Shown here: positions 29,733 to 41,442 of the stretch, one piece after another | How the letters are laid out: every line of letters starts with the position of its first letter | How positions within the stretch are numbered: the stretch's first letter is position 1 | From: Planctomycetota bacterium | Lineage (GTDB): Bacteria > Planctomycetota > UBA1135 > UBA2386 | DNA: 64,000 nt | Assembly (NCBI GenBank): GCA_046290465.1 | Contig: JBKAGP010000001.1 | Span: 5,216,001 to 5,280,000, forward strand | Direction of reading: 5' to 3' | Position numbers and translations under genes: made by a program | The notes under the pieces: generated by a model | What the model was told of the DNA's origin: nothing | Seen by the model: only the letters and a program-made list of their open reading frames with translations | The model's database searches: none

Positions 29733-32134
29733 ATGCTCGTTCTGCGTCTCGCCGGCCTGCTGGCCGCCGGGCTCTGCTGCGGTCTCGCCGCGCAGCGGCC
29801 CATCCACTGGTCCTACGCCCCGATCGTGCGGCCGACGGCGCCCGCCGCGGCGGCCGACGCCTGGGGGCACTCCCCGATCGACGGCTTCGCGCTGGCGGCG
29901 ATGCGGCAGAACGGCCTGCAGCCGTCGGTGCCGGCCGACCGGGCGATGTGGCTGCGCCGCGTCACCCTCGACCTGACCGGACTGCCGCCGACGCTCGACG
30001 AGCTCGATGCGTTCGTCGCCGATGCGGGCGAGGGCGCCCGCGGCCGCGTCGTCGACCGGCTGCTGCAGACCGACGCGTTCGCCGAACGGTGGGCGACGTG
30101 GTGGCTCGACCTGGCCCGCTACGCCGACAGCCAGGGATACGAGAAGGACGCGCTGCGCCTGACGATGTGGCGCTATCGCGACTGGGTGATCGACGCGTTC
30201 CGTCGCGACCTGCCGTTCGACCGGTTCACGATCGAGCAGCTCGCCGGCGACCTGCTGCCCGACGCGACGGTCGAGCAGCGGCTGGCGACGGCGTTCCACC
30301 GGCAGACGATGAGCAACACCGAGGGCGGCACCGACGACGAGGAGTTCCGCGTCGCCGCCGTGGTCGACCGGGTCGACACCACGATGCAGGTGTGGATGGG
30401 CTCGACGCTCGGCTGCGCGCAGTGCCACGACCACAAGTACGACCCGTTCTCGCAGAAGGAGTTCTTCGAGCTGTTCGCGATCTTCGACCAGACGGCCGAC
30501 GCGGATCGCAACGACGACGCGCCGCGCATGCGGGCGCCGACGGCCGAGAACCTCGCCGCGGTCAAGGCGATCGAACTCGAGCTGACCGAAGTGCGCGCCG
30601 AGCTCGGGGCGCACGCCGAGCAGATGCCGTCGCTCGGGTCTTGGCACCTGCTGGGCCCGGTCCAGGGCGACAGCTTCGTCGATGCGCGCGATCGCAGGTT
30701 CGCGCCGGAGCGCGAGGGGGTGCTGCTGCTGCGCGAGCAGGAGGGCCTGTCGTGGTGCGAACGCACCGACTTCGTCGACGGCAAGGTGCACACCTGGACC
30801 GGCGGCAACAGCGCGTTCTACCTCTACCGGAAGGTGATCTCGAACCGCGCCCAGCGCGTCACGCTGTCGCTCGGCAGCGACGACGCGATCGCGGCCTGGT
30901 GGAACGGCGAGCAGGTGCTGCGCAAGAACGTCGCGCGCGCCGCGCAGCTCGGCCAGGAGCAGGTCGAGGTCGACCTCGCGCAAGGGGACAACGAGCTGCT
31001 GCTCAAGGTCACCAACGGCGGAGGTCCCGGCGGCTTCGCGTTCGAGCTGTGGGGTAAGGGCGAGTCGCAGCTGCGCGCGCGACTGCGCGAGCTCGAACGG
31101 CAGCTCGACGCCAACCGGGGGCCGCTGGTGCCGATCCTGCGCGAGCTGCCGGCCGAGCAGCGCCGCACCACGCGCGTGCACATCCGCGGCAGCTTCCTCG
31201 ACCAGGGCGAGCAGGTGCACCCCGGCACCCCGGCGATCTGGCCGGGACTGCCGGACGACGAGCCGCGCAACCGCCTCGGTCTGGCGCGGTGGCTGATGTC
31301 GCGCGACAACCCGCTGACCGCGCGCGTGCTCGCCAACCGGATCTGGAGCGAACTGTTCGGTCGCGGCATCGTCGCGACGCTCGAGGACTTCGGCTCGCAG
31401 GGGGACGCGCCGTCGCACCCCGAGCTGCTCGACTGGCTGGCCTGCGAGTTCGTCGACTCCGGCTGGTCGATGCGGCACCTGCTGCGCACCATCGTGCTGT
31501 CGGCGACCTACTCGCAGACATCGGTGCAGAACCAGCGGCACCGCGAGCTCGACCCACAGAACGTCTGGCTGTCGCGCGGGCCGGCGTTCCGGCTGACCGG
31601 CGAGCAGCTGCGCGACCAGGCCCTGGCGGTGTCGGGCCTGCTCAGCGACCGGGTCGGTGGCCCGAGCGTGATGCCGCCACAGCCCGACGGCATCTGGCGG
31701 CAGCTCTACAGCGGCGCGAAGTGGCAGTCGGCGACCGGCGCGGACCGCTACCGGCGCGCGCTCTACACGTTCTGGCGGCGCACCAGTCCGCACCCGGCGA
31801 TGCTGGTGTTCGACGCGCAGAGCCGCGAGGCGTGCGTGCTGCGGCGCCAGCGCACCAACACGCCGCTGCAGGCGCTGGTGCTGTGGAACGATCCGCAGTT
31901 CCACGAACCGGCGAAGGCGCTCGGCGAACGGGCGATGCAGGTCGACGCGGACGATCCGGCCCGCGGCGTGATCTGGCTGTGGCGTCGCTGCCTGCTGCGG
32001 GAGCCGACCCCGATGGAGGTGAGCCGGCTGCTCGACCTGCTCGAGGACGAGCAGCGTCGCGGCGCCGCCGAAGTGGACGCGTGGGGCATCGTCGCCAGCG
32101 TGGTCCTGTGTCTCGACGAGTTCGTGAGCAAGCG

Positions 32135-32138
<4 letters not shown>
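29733..32138 (+). CDS. Planctomycete DUF1549/DUF1553 (PSD1) cytochrome c-like protein
   Basis: RRVTLDLTGLPPT, WLDLARYADS, CAQCHDHKYDP, NPLTARV, PSHPELLDWLA, TNTPLQAL. Confidence 0.93.
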
Positions 32139-33526
<1,388 letters not shown>

Positions 33527-33536
33527 GCCGGAGCCG

Positions 33537-34088
33537 CTACGGCGTCAGCCCGCCGATCGCCCGCTGCAGGTTGGCGCGCGCGGGTGCTTCGAGCGTCTGC
33601 TTGCCCCATTCGGAGTAGAACAGGCGATCGCGCTGCAGCATGCCCTCGAAGAAGCCGCGGCGGCCGGCGGCGAAGTCCTCGTCGGGCACGTGCGCATACT
33701 CGCGCCGGATCGCGGCGGTGTTGCGTTCGAACGCCTCCCAGCCGACGGCCAGCGACATCAGGTCGAGGTCGAGCACGAGTTCGGACTGCACCGTCGACGG
33801 CACGTGGCCGCGGGTGTCGAGCACCATGCGGCCGACGCGTTCGATCGCTTCGACGTCCCAGCCGGACTTCGCGAGCCACTTCTGCGCCAGCCGCGCACTC
33901 TTCTGTTCGTTCTGGTCGCTCTCTGGGTCGTAGACCGCGTCGTGGAACCAGACCGCCATGATCTGCTCCTCGTCGAGCGGAAACTGCCTGCCGACGTGCA
34001 GCATCGCTGCGACGTGCTCGAGCGTGTGGTAGTGGCGCTGCGGCTCGAGGTACCGCCGCGTGAGGTCCATCAGCATGGATGTCGTCAC
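33537..34088 (-). CDS. HD-superfamily metal-dependent phosphohydrolase
   Basis: Y.EPQRHYHTLEH, WFHDAVYDP, NEQKSA, DLDL, IRREY; start GTG 34088 or ATG 34076. Confidence 0.88.
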   Translation of the reverse strand: MTTSMLMDLTRRYLEPQRHYHTLEHVAAMLHVGRQFPLDEEQIMAVWFHDAVYDPESDQNEQKSARLAQKWLAKSGWDVEAIERVGRMVLDTRGHVPSTVQSELVLDLDLMSLAVGWEAFERNTAAIRREYAHVPDEDFAAGRRGFFEGMLQRDRLFYSEWGKQTLEAPARANLQRAIGGLTP

Positions 34089-34152
34089 AAGGGACCAGGG
34101 TATCGCGGCGAAGCGTGAAATCGCCACGGCCGTCCGGTGTTGTAGCCCAGGC

Positions 34153-34473
34153 ATGAACGACAAGGTGCACAAGCTGCTGGTCCGCCTGCGCTGGATGTCG
34201 CTGGTCGACGCGGTGTCCTACGTGCTGCTGGTCGGCGTGGCGATGCCGCTGAAGTACGCCGCCGGCATGCCGAAGGCGGTGACGGTGGTCGGCATGATCC
34301 ACGGGCTGGTCTGGATGCTGCTGATGTGGCTGCTGATGCGCACGCGGTTCGAGACCTCGTGGCCGTCCCGCCGCCTGTGGATCCTCGGCGTCGCCGCGCT
34401 GCTGCCGATCGTGCCGTTCTTCCTCGATGCCCACGTGCGTCGCTGGATCGAACGGACCGGATCGCCACGGTAG
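34153..34473 (+). CDS. DUF3817 family membrane protein
   Basis: SYVLLVGVAMPLKY, GMIHG, LLPIVPF. Confidence 0.85.
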   Translation: MNDKVHKLLVRLRWMSLVDAVSYVLLVGVAMPLKYAAGMPKAVTVVGMIHGLVWMLLMWLLMRTRFETSWPSRRLWILGVAALLPIVPFFLDAHVRRWIERTGSPR

Positions 34474-34510
34474 GCCGCCACGGTGGGCCGCGAGGCGGTA
34501 TCGTGCTCGC

Positions 34511-35629
34511 ATGAGCAGGCCGTTCGCAGGTCGGGGAGGCGCCGCGCTGCGCACTTCGTCGGCACCTTCGCTGGCGTTGGCTGCGCTGCTGCTGGCCACC
34601 GGGGGCACCGCCGCGGCCCAGTCGCCGCAGCCCGAGCCGGACGTCGTCGACGCGGAGCAACACGAGGCGCGCGGGGTGCGGCTGAAGGCCGCGATCGATG
34701 CCGGCCACGACTGGCTCAAGGCGCACCAGGAAGCCGACGGCCGCTTCAGCGCGTCGATGTTCGTCGTGCACGATCCCCGCGGCAAACCGTGCGACGGTCC
34801 CGGCAAGCCCGACCAGGACGTGTTCGTGACGGCGCTGGTGGTCAAGTCGTGGAACGGCATGGCCTGGCTGCCGGACGCCGGCGGCGACAACGGCGAGGGC
34901 ACGCATCCGCACGTGGTCAAGGCGACCGAATGGCTGTTCGCGCAGGTGCAGGAGGACGGCTCGGTCGGCCTGCCCAACGCGAGCACGCTGGTGCGCGACA
35001 CCGGCGCCGCCGGCGAGGTGCTGCACTGGGCGTGCATCTACCACGGCGGGTGGAAGGGGCGCTGGCAGCCGCGGAAGACCATCGAATGGCTCAAGCAGCA
35101 GGCCCTCGACCGTGGCCGCTGGCCGGCGCAGCCGGGGAGCCGCTCGCCCGACTGGGCCGCCGACACGCTGGTCACGTCCTGCCTCCAGGTGCTCGGCGGC
35201 GTCGGCGGAGGGGTCGAGGGTAACGGTCCGTTCGCCGCCGGTGGCGCGCTGCGCCGGTGCACCCCGGCCGAGCTCGGCGGTGCTGCCTACGTGTTCACCT
35301 GGGCCGTGCGCAACCAGGAGCTGCGCGCAGAAGCGTGCCGTCAGGCGCTGCAGCACCTGCCCAAGGTGCACACGCGCGCCGACGCGGTCGACTACTTCGG
35401 CTGGTACTGCGCGACCCAGGGCATGCAGTTCGAGCCGGCCGAGGCGTGGCGCACGTGGTGGCACGCGCTGGTCGACGTGGCCCTGCGCATGCAGCGCACC
35501 GACGGTTCGTTCGCCGGCTCGTGGGATCCGCTCGACGTGCGCGGCCGCGAGGGCGGTCGGGTCTACGCCACCGCCTGCATGCTGCTCGCGCTCGAGGTCG
35601 CGTGGCGCAAGGAATACCGCGACCGTTGA
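34511..35629 (+). CDS. Secreted prenyltransferase/squalene-cyclase-like repeat protein
   Basis: Signal peptide; WL..HQ..DG repeats; GSWDP...GGRVYATA. Confidence 0.75.
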   Translation: MSRPFAGRGGAALRTSSAPSLALAALLLATGGTAAAQSPQPEPDVVDAEQHEARGVRLKAAIDAGHDWLKAHQEADGRFSASMFVVHDPRGKPCDGPGKPDQDVFVTALVVKSWNGMAWLPDAGGDNGEGTHPHVVKATEWLFAQVQEDGSVGLPNASTLVRDTGAAGEVLHWACIYHGGWKGRWQPRKTIEWLKQQALDRGRWPAQPGSRSPDWAADTLVTSCLQVLGGVGGGVEGNGPFAAGGALRRCTPAELGGAAYVFTWAVRNQELRAEACRQALQHLPKVHTRADAVDYFGWYCATQGMQFEPAEAWRTWWHALVDVALRMQRTDGSFAGSWDPLDVRGREGGRVYATACMLLALEVAWRKEYRDR

Positions 35630-37969
35630 TCAGCGCAGCTGCACGCTCGCCGGGCTGGCTCCGACGGTGACGGTGCGCGCCTGCGGGGCCGCCGGGTCGC
35701 CCCACAGCAGCAACCACTCGCCGCGCGGCAGCAGGAACTCGAACTGGCCCTGGCGCACGGGCGCCGCGAGCACGTCGAGCTCGCGGCGGCGCTCGAACAG
35801 TTCGAGCCGCGCATCGGGGTTTGGGCGGTCGATGCGCAGCAGCCCCGGTTCTGGCAGCTGCTGCATGCCGAGGTCCGCGATGCTCTGCCCGTCGACCTGG
35901 TGCACGCCGAGGTCCAGCACGCCGATCTGCGGCCCGCTGAGGCCGACGCGGTAGCGGCCGGGCGGCAGCTCTCCGAGTTGGTAGCGGCCTTCGCGGCGCG
36001 TCATCATCGCCCCGCGGCCGGTCGCCAGCTGGTAGACGAACGCCTCGACGTTGTGCGCGTGCTCGACCTCGTCGGGCAGCTGCAGGTGCAGCGCGCCCGC
36101 GGGCAGGCCCTGCATGGTCAGGTCGAACGTCACCGGCGCCCCCGGGAATGCCTCGGCGAGGTGCACAGCCGGCAGGCGACCTCGCGGCGACCACAGCAGC
36201 ATCGAACCCTGCTGCGACGTCAGGTTGGCGAGCGTGAAGTCGTTGCCGATGAGCACGGCGCCGTCCGCATGGAACGTGTCGACGGCGCGGTACTCGACCC
36301 GCCAGCCGTCGGCCTTGGCGTCGTCGGGCAGCAGCACCCTGCCGGTGAGCGTGCGGTCCTGTGCCAGGTAGAGATCGACGGTCCGCGGCGTGTCGGCCAC
36401 CACGTCGACGGTCCGGCGGGCGATGCCGTCGGCGCCGCCGCCCGCGCGCACCTCGAGCTTGCCCGGGATCACGAACGACAGGCTGTAGCTGCCGTCGGCT
36501 TTGGTCTTGGTGCGCCCCTCGGGCATGTCCGGGCGCAGGCCCCAGGCGACGGTGGCGCCGGCGACGGGTCGGCCCTGCGCGTCGCGCACCACGCCGCGGA
36601 TCGCGCTGATTTCGTCCGGCTCCTTCTGCTCTTCCGGCAGGAAGTAGTCGCCGAACGGCGGCGGTGGCGGCCGCATCACGAAGTCCGGTCGGCGCGTGCC
36701 GGTGTCGCCGAGCAGCGAGTCCTGGAAGCGACCGAACGGATGCAGGTCGGACTTCGCCAGCAGCGCCGCGTCGAACAGTCGGTTGCTGCCGGTGCCGGCG
36801 GTGTGGCAGGTCGTGCAGTCCTGCGACGACGCCATGCGGGCCGCCTGGCACAGGTTGGCGTTGGCGCCGTCGGCGTGCAGCAGCACGACCTCGTTGGGCG
36901 CGTCGGCGTGCACGCGCAGCTCGCGCAGGCCCTGCGCCGACTGCACGAACATCAGGCCGACCTGCACCGTCATCGTCGGCACCCGCGCACGCCAGGTCAG
37001 CGTGACCTCGCCCGTGGCACCGGTCGGCTCCAGCCAGCGGTTGAGCCGGCCGCCGGCCGGGCCGATCGCGACCCCGGCGTCGCGGATCCGCAGGCCGTCA
37101 CGGTCGAGCACGCGGCAGCGCAGCCGGAACTCGAACGGATGCAGCAGGTCGACGGCATCGGAGCGGGTCGCGCGGAGGGCCTCCTCGCGCTCGATCGGCG
37201 CCGGTGTGGCGTCGGTCGCCAGCGCCCCGCGCGCCGACGTCGCGTCGGAGTCGGCGAGCCTGGTCGCCTGCGGCGGCGCGGCGTCGTCGGTGGGCCAGAG
37301 CAGCCAGGTGGCGACCGCGATCGCGGCTGTGCCGAACAGGATCTTGGTGGTGTGTGCCATCAGCAGGACGGATGCGGTGGTCGCGGCGGCGACGCCGGTG
37401 CCGGTCAGCGGCAGGCCGGTCGCGGCACAGAGCGCCTCGCGCCAGTCGCGACCGTGGTCGCGTTGGAGCCGTTCGCGCAGCAGCTGCAGGCCGCGTCGCA
37501 GGCGGCTCTTGACGGTCGCCAGCGGCGTCCCGGTGCCGGCCGCGATCTCGCCCGGCGTGCGGCCGGCGAAGTAGCGCAGCGTCAGCGCGCGCTGGTAGGG
37601 CTCGGGCAACTGCCACAGCGCCTCGGTCACGGCGCGCAGTGTCTCGGGTTCGCTGTTCGGACCGCCGGCCGCCGCGGCCTGCGCCGCGTCGTGCTCCTGC
37701 TCGCGCTGCCGCCGGCGTCGCTCGTCGCGACGCTGGTTGCTGGCGAGGTTGCGCAGGATCGTCGCCAGCCACGGACGCAGACCGCGCCGCTCCGGCGGCG
37801 GGCTGCGCCAGGCGCGCAGCATCGTCTCCTGGACCAGGTCGTCGGCGTCGTCGCCGCGACCGGTCAGGTCGCGCGCCAGCGAACGCAGGGCGCTGGCGCT
37901 CTGGGCCAGTTCTTCTGCGAGCCGCCCTTCGGCGAGTCGGTCTTCGGCGAGTCGGTCGTCGGGGTGCAT
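35630..37969 (-). CDS. ECF sigma-70 factor fused to a TM helix and carboxypeptidase-regulatory-like beta domains with a CxxCH motif
   Basis: ADDLVQET/WLATILRN (sigma2), LPEPYQ...EIA...TVKSRLRRG (sigma4), hydrophobic segment, GVVRDAQGRPVAGA, CTTCH; start 37969 or 37990. Confidence 0.88.
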   Translation of the reverse strand: MHPDDRLAEDRLAEGRLAEELAQSASALRSLARDLTGRGDDADDLVQETMLRAWRSPPPERRGLRPWLATILRNLASNQRRDERRRRQREQEHDAAQAAAAGGPNSEPETLRAVTEALWQLPEPYQRALTLRYFAGRTPGEIAAGTGTPLATVKSRLRRGLQLLRERLQRDHGRDWREALCAATGLPLTGTGVAAATTASVLLMAHTTKILFGTAAIAVATWLLWPTDDAAPPQATRLADSDATSARGALATDATPAPIEREEALRATRSDAVDLLHPFEFRLRCRVLDRDGLRIRDAGVAIGPAGGRLNRWLEPTGATGEVTLTWRARVPTMTVQVGLMFVQSAQGLRELRVHADAPNEVVLLHADGANANLCQAARMASSQDCTTCHTAGTGSNRLFDAALLAKSDLHPFGRFQDSLLGDTGTRRPDFVMRPPPPPFGDYFLPEEQKEPDEISAIRGVVRDAQGRPVAGATVAWGLRPDMPEGRTKTKADGSYSLSFVIPGKLEVRAGGGADGIARRTVDVVADTPRTVDLYLAQDRTLTGRVLLPDDAKADGWRVEYRAVDTFHADGAVLIGNDFTLANLTSQQGSMLLWSPRGRLPAVHLAEAFPGAPVTFDLTMQGLPAGALHLQLPDEVEHAHNVEAFVYQLATGRGAMMTRREGRYQLGELPPGRYRVGLSGPQIGVLDLGVHQVDGQSIADLGMQQLPEPGLLRIDRPNPDARLELFERRRELDVLAAPVRQGQFEFLLPRGEWLLLWGDPAAPQARTVTVGASPASVQLR

Positions 37970-38023
37970 CGGCGGGTCCAACCGTAGCACCCCGCCGACG
38001 CCGCCGCGGATGCAGCGGATCCG

Positions 38024-41000
38024 CTACTTCTTCCGCTGCTGCTTCAGGAACGCGATCAGGTCGCGGATCTGGCGCTTGCTGAGCTGCGCGCCCATCGCCG
38101 GCATCGCGCTGTCCTTGTTGGCCCGGCGCGAACGGATCTTGCTGGCCTGCACGTCGGTCTGCTTGCCGTTGATGTCGACGATGGTCACCTGGCCGTCCTG
38201 GTCCTTGGTGATGACGCCGGACAGCACCGAGCTGTCGGTCAGCTCCAGCGTGGTCGTGCTGAAGCCCTCGGCGATGCGCGCACTCGGGGCGATCAGCGCC
38301 TCCAGGATCACGCCCGGATTCAGCCGCTTGCCGACGTCGTCGAGCACCGGGCCGGCGTTGCCGCCGTTGCCGCGCAGCGTGTGGCAGCGCGTGCAGCGGG
38401 TCGCTTCGAAGTCGTGGAAGACGCGGCGCCCCTTGCGCGCGTCGCCACCCTCGAGGCAGATCTGGAAGGGGCCGAGCGGGCCCTGTTCGAGCGCGGCACG
38501 TTCGCGGGCGTCGACCAGGTCCTGCAGCGCCGCGTGCTTGCGCGCCGCCTCCACGAGGTCGAGCTGCACGGCCGGCGGCACGTCGTCGCCTCGCTGCAGC
38601 CACGAGCGCAGCAGCGCGGTCGCCGACTCGTGCTGCAGGTTGCCGAGCGCCTCGCAGGCGGCCTGGCGTTCGCCGACCGACGCGTTCTGCAGCAGCGTCC
38701 CGAGCACTGGCACCGCCTTCTCGGGGGCGCGCTTCGACAGCAGCGCGACGGCGCGCTTGCGCAGCTGCACCGGCGCCTCTGCATCGATCGCGTCCATCGC
38801 CCCGTCGAGCTGCTCGGCGTCCAGCCGGGCGAGCGCATCGAGCGCCGCGACGCGCGCGGCAGGCGGCAGGCCGGTGCGGGCGACCTGGGCGGCCAGCGCG
38901 TCGGCCAGTTCTCCGAGGCCGAGCGCGGCGATCGTGCGCGCGGTGGCCTCGGCGGTCACCTTGTCGGCGAGCAGCTTGTCGGTCGAGCCGCGGAAGTTCT
39001 CGGCGACGATGCGCGCGTCCTTGTGTTCGCACGGCCGCCAGTTGCCGATCACGCGGCACTGGCCGTCGGGCGCGGCCCACTCGGCCAGCACGTCGAGCGC
39101 TTCGAGGCGGATCTTCTTCGAGTGGTTGCCGAGCGTCGCCAGGTGCACCAGCGCCTCACCGTCCTCGACCTGGCCACGCATGCGCGCGGCGTTGATCGCG
39201 CGCCAGTCGACGCGTTCGCTGTCGGCCTCGTCGTCGTAGACGAGCCGGGCCAGCGCCTGGATCGCCTCGGGGATCGGGGTCTCGTAGATCGCGCGGGCGG
39301 CCTCGAAGCGGAACTGCTCGTCCGGGTGCTTCAGGAAGCGCGCGACCTCCGGGGCCCCTTTTCGGGCGAGCGCGAGCAGCGCGGCGCGCTGCACGGCGCG
39401 GCTCCGGTCGTCGATGCGTCGCACCAGCTGCTCGCGCGGTGCGGTCTGGCCGAGCGCGTAGACCAGCGCGTGCCGCAGCACCGCGTCGCGGTCGTCGTTG
39501 TGGCGGGCGGCGTCGAACAGGCGGTCGGTCGCGGGCGCGGCCATCGCGCCGAGGCGGGCGAGCGCGAACGCCGCCTCGCGCTTGACCCGCGAGTTGTCGT
39601 CCTGCAGCCGGTCCGTCAGCTGCGGCAGCGAACCGTCGGCACGCGCGTCGCCCAGCGCGCGTGCGGCCATCGCGCGCACGTCGCCGTCGTCGTCGGCCAG
39701 CAGCTTCGACAGTGTCACCCGGCAGCCGTCGTCGGCACCCTTGCGCAGCAGGATGCCGAGGCCCCAGATGCCGTGCAGGCGCGCGACCCGCGAGGTGCGC
39801 TGCGACGTCGCCGCCTCGAACGCGTCCTTCGCCTTCAAGTCGACCAGTGCGAACTGGGCCTTCTGGCGGATGCGGCGGTCGGCGTGCGCGAGCAGCGGCT
39901 GCAGCTGGGCCTTGCGGAACCGCGAGAAGTCCTGGCCGAGGATCCGCGCGCTGTTGCGCAGCTTGAAGTCGTTGGCCATCTGCGGGGTGCGCACCTTGTA
40001 GATGCGGCCCTTGCCGGTCTTCGACCAGCCGTGCACCCAGTCGAACAGGTACAGCGAGCCGTCGGGCCCGAAGTCACAGTCGGTGGCCAGCACGTTCCAG
40101 GCCAGCTTGTCGTGGTCCTGCACCTCGTAGCCGGCGCCGTTGCGGCTGAGCCGGAACGTGCGGATGCCGCTGTAGCTGGCGCCGCCGCGGAAGTCGCACA
40201 GGAAGAAGCAGTCGCGGAAGCGATCGGGCAGGCCGATGCCGGGATCGTAGACCAGGCCCGACGGGCCGTCGGCGAAGTTGCGGATCGGCGGCACGATGCC
40301 GGCGGTCTGCTCCGGGTGGCGCGGGTGCCACATCTTCTCGCGGTTCCACGCGCCGCGATCGCGCAGCCACTGGAAGCCGATGCGCCAGCCGCTGTCGGCG
40401 CCGGGCAGCACCTGCACCAGCCGCGCCTTGTCGCCGCCGTCGCTGTTGTTGTCGCCGGTGATCAGGTCACCCCACTGGTCGAACGCGAGCTCCTGCGGAT
40501 TGCGCAGGCCGCGGTGCACGACCTCCAGGTCGCTGCCGTCGAGTTCGCAGCGCAGCACCGCGCCTTCGTGCGGGTAGGCGAACGTCTCGCCCTCGTGTTC
40601 GACGTGGAAGCCGCGGTCGCCGATCGACCAGTAGAGGCGGCGGTCCGGGCCGACGATCAGGCCGTGCATGTCGTGGCCCATCAGCGACGTGTGCACGCCG
40701 AAGCCGTCGAACATCACCTTGCGCTGGTCGGCGACGCCGTCGCCGTCGTCGTCGCGCAGGCTCCAGACCTTGGGGATCAACGTCGTGATGACGTCGCTGC
40801 CGACCGGCAGCACGCCGGCGATCAGGCCGTCCTCGAGTTCGTTGAAGCCCTCGGCGAAGGTCGTCACGCGGTCGAGCGAGCCGTTGTTGTCGGTGTCGGC
40901 CAGCAGCACGATGCGCTCGCTGTACGACTTGAGCTTCTCGACCTTGTCCGGGATGTGCTTGTGGTACTTCGCGACGCGGTCGGCCACGGTCAGCGCCGCC

Positions 41001-41329
41001 AGGTCGTCGTCGAGCCACCGCATGTAGTTGCGGTTGTCGAACACGCCGTCGCGCACGCGGAAGGTCTCGCAAACGTAGATGTTGCCGCGGTCGTCGACCT
41101 TGAAGGCGACGCCGTTGCAGATGTCCGGCTCGGCGGCGACCAGCTCGGCGCGCAGGCCGTCCGCGAGCTGGATCGTCGGGATCTTGCCGGCCCCCTCGTC
41201 GCTCGCGTTGGCGACGAACATCGGCTTCTTGGGGTCGGGCTGGGTCGAGCCGTGCTGCGCCGCAGCGGGGGCGCACAGCAGCAGGGGCATCAGCACCGGT
41301 GGGAGAACGAGGGAGAAGGTGCGAACCAT
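38024..41329 (-). CDS. PVC-type heme-binding protein (dehydrogenase-like beta-propeller + HEAT repeats + cytochrome c)
   Basis: Signal peptide, GLRNPQELAFD propeller, HEAT repeats, CTRCH...GPVL...SAMP. Confidence 0.9.
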   Translation of the reverse strand: MVRTFSLVLPPVLMPLLLCAPAAAQHGSTQPDPKKPMFVANASDEGAGKIPTIQLADGLRAELVAAEPDICNGVAFKVDDRGNIYVCETFRVRDGVFDNRNYMRWLDDDLAALTVADRVAKYHKHIPDKVEKLKSYSERIVLLADTDNNGSLDRVTTFAEGFNELEDGLIAGVLPVGSDVITTLIPKVWSLRDDDGDGVADQRKVMFDGFGVHTSLMGHDMHGLIVGPDRRLYWSIGDRGFHVEHEGETFAYPHEGAVLRCELDGSDLEVVHRGLRNPQELAFDQWGDLITGDNNSDGGDKARLVQVLPGADSGWRIGFQWLRDRGAWNREKMWHPRHPEQTAGIVPPIRNFADGPSGLVYDPGIGLPDRFRDCFFLCDFRGGASYSGIRTFRLSRNGAGYEVQDHDKLAWNVLATDCDFGPDGSLYLFDWVHGWSKTGKGRIYKVRTPQMANDFKLRNSARILGQDFSRFRKAQLQPLLAHADRRIRQKAQFALVDLKAKDAFEAATSQRTSRVARLHGIWGLGILLRKGADDGCRVTLSKLLADDDGDVRAMAARALGDARADGSLPQLTDRLQDDNSRVKREAAFALARLGAMAAPATDRLFDAARHNDDRDAVLRHALVYALGQTAPREQLVRRIDDRSRAVQRAALLALARKGAPEVARFLKHPDEQFRFEAARAIYETPIPEAIQALARLVYDDEADSERVDWRAINAARMRGQVEDGEALVHLATLGNHSKKIRLEALDVLAEWAAPDGQCRVIGNWRPCEHKDARIVAENFRGSTDKLLADKVTAEATARTIAALGLGELADALAAQVARTGLPPAARVAALDALARLDAEQLDGAMDAIDAEAPVQLRKRAVALLSKRAPEKAVPVLGTLLQNASVGERQAACEALGNLQHESATALLRSWLQRGDDVPPAVQLDLVEAARKHAALQDLVDARERAALEQGPLGPFQICLEGGDARKGRRVFHDFEATRCTRCHTLRGNGGNAGPVLDDVGKRLNPGVILEALIAPSARIAEGFSTTTLELTDSSVLSGVITKDQDGQVTIVDINGKQTDVQASKIRSRRANKDSAMPAMGAQLSKRQIRDLIAFLKQQRKK

Positions 41330-41442
41330 CGGTCCGACGAGTGTATGCGGCGATGGCCCCCGTCAACCGGTGCCAGCACAGAATGTCGAACCAGGCCCTC
41401 CGTTCATGCGCCGGAGCGCGGACCTTCTCGGGAGGCTCCGCG

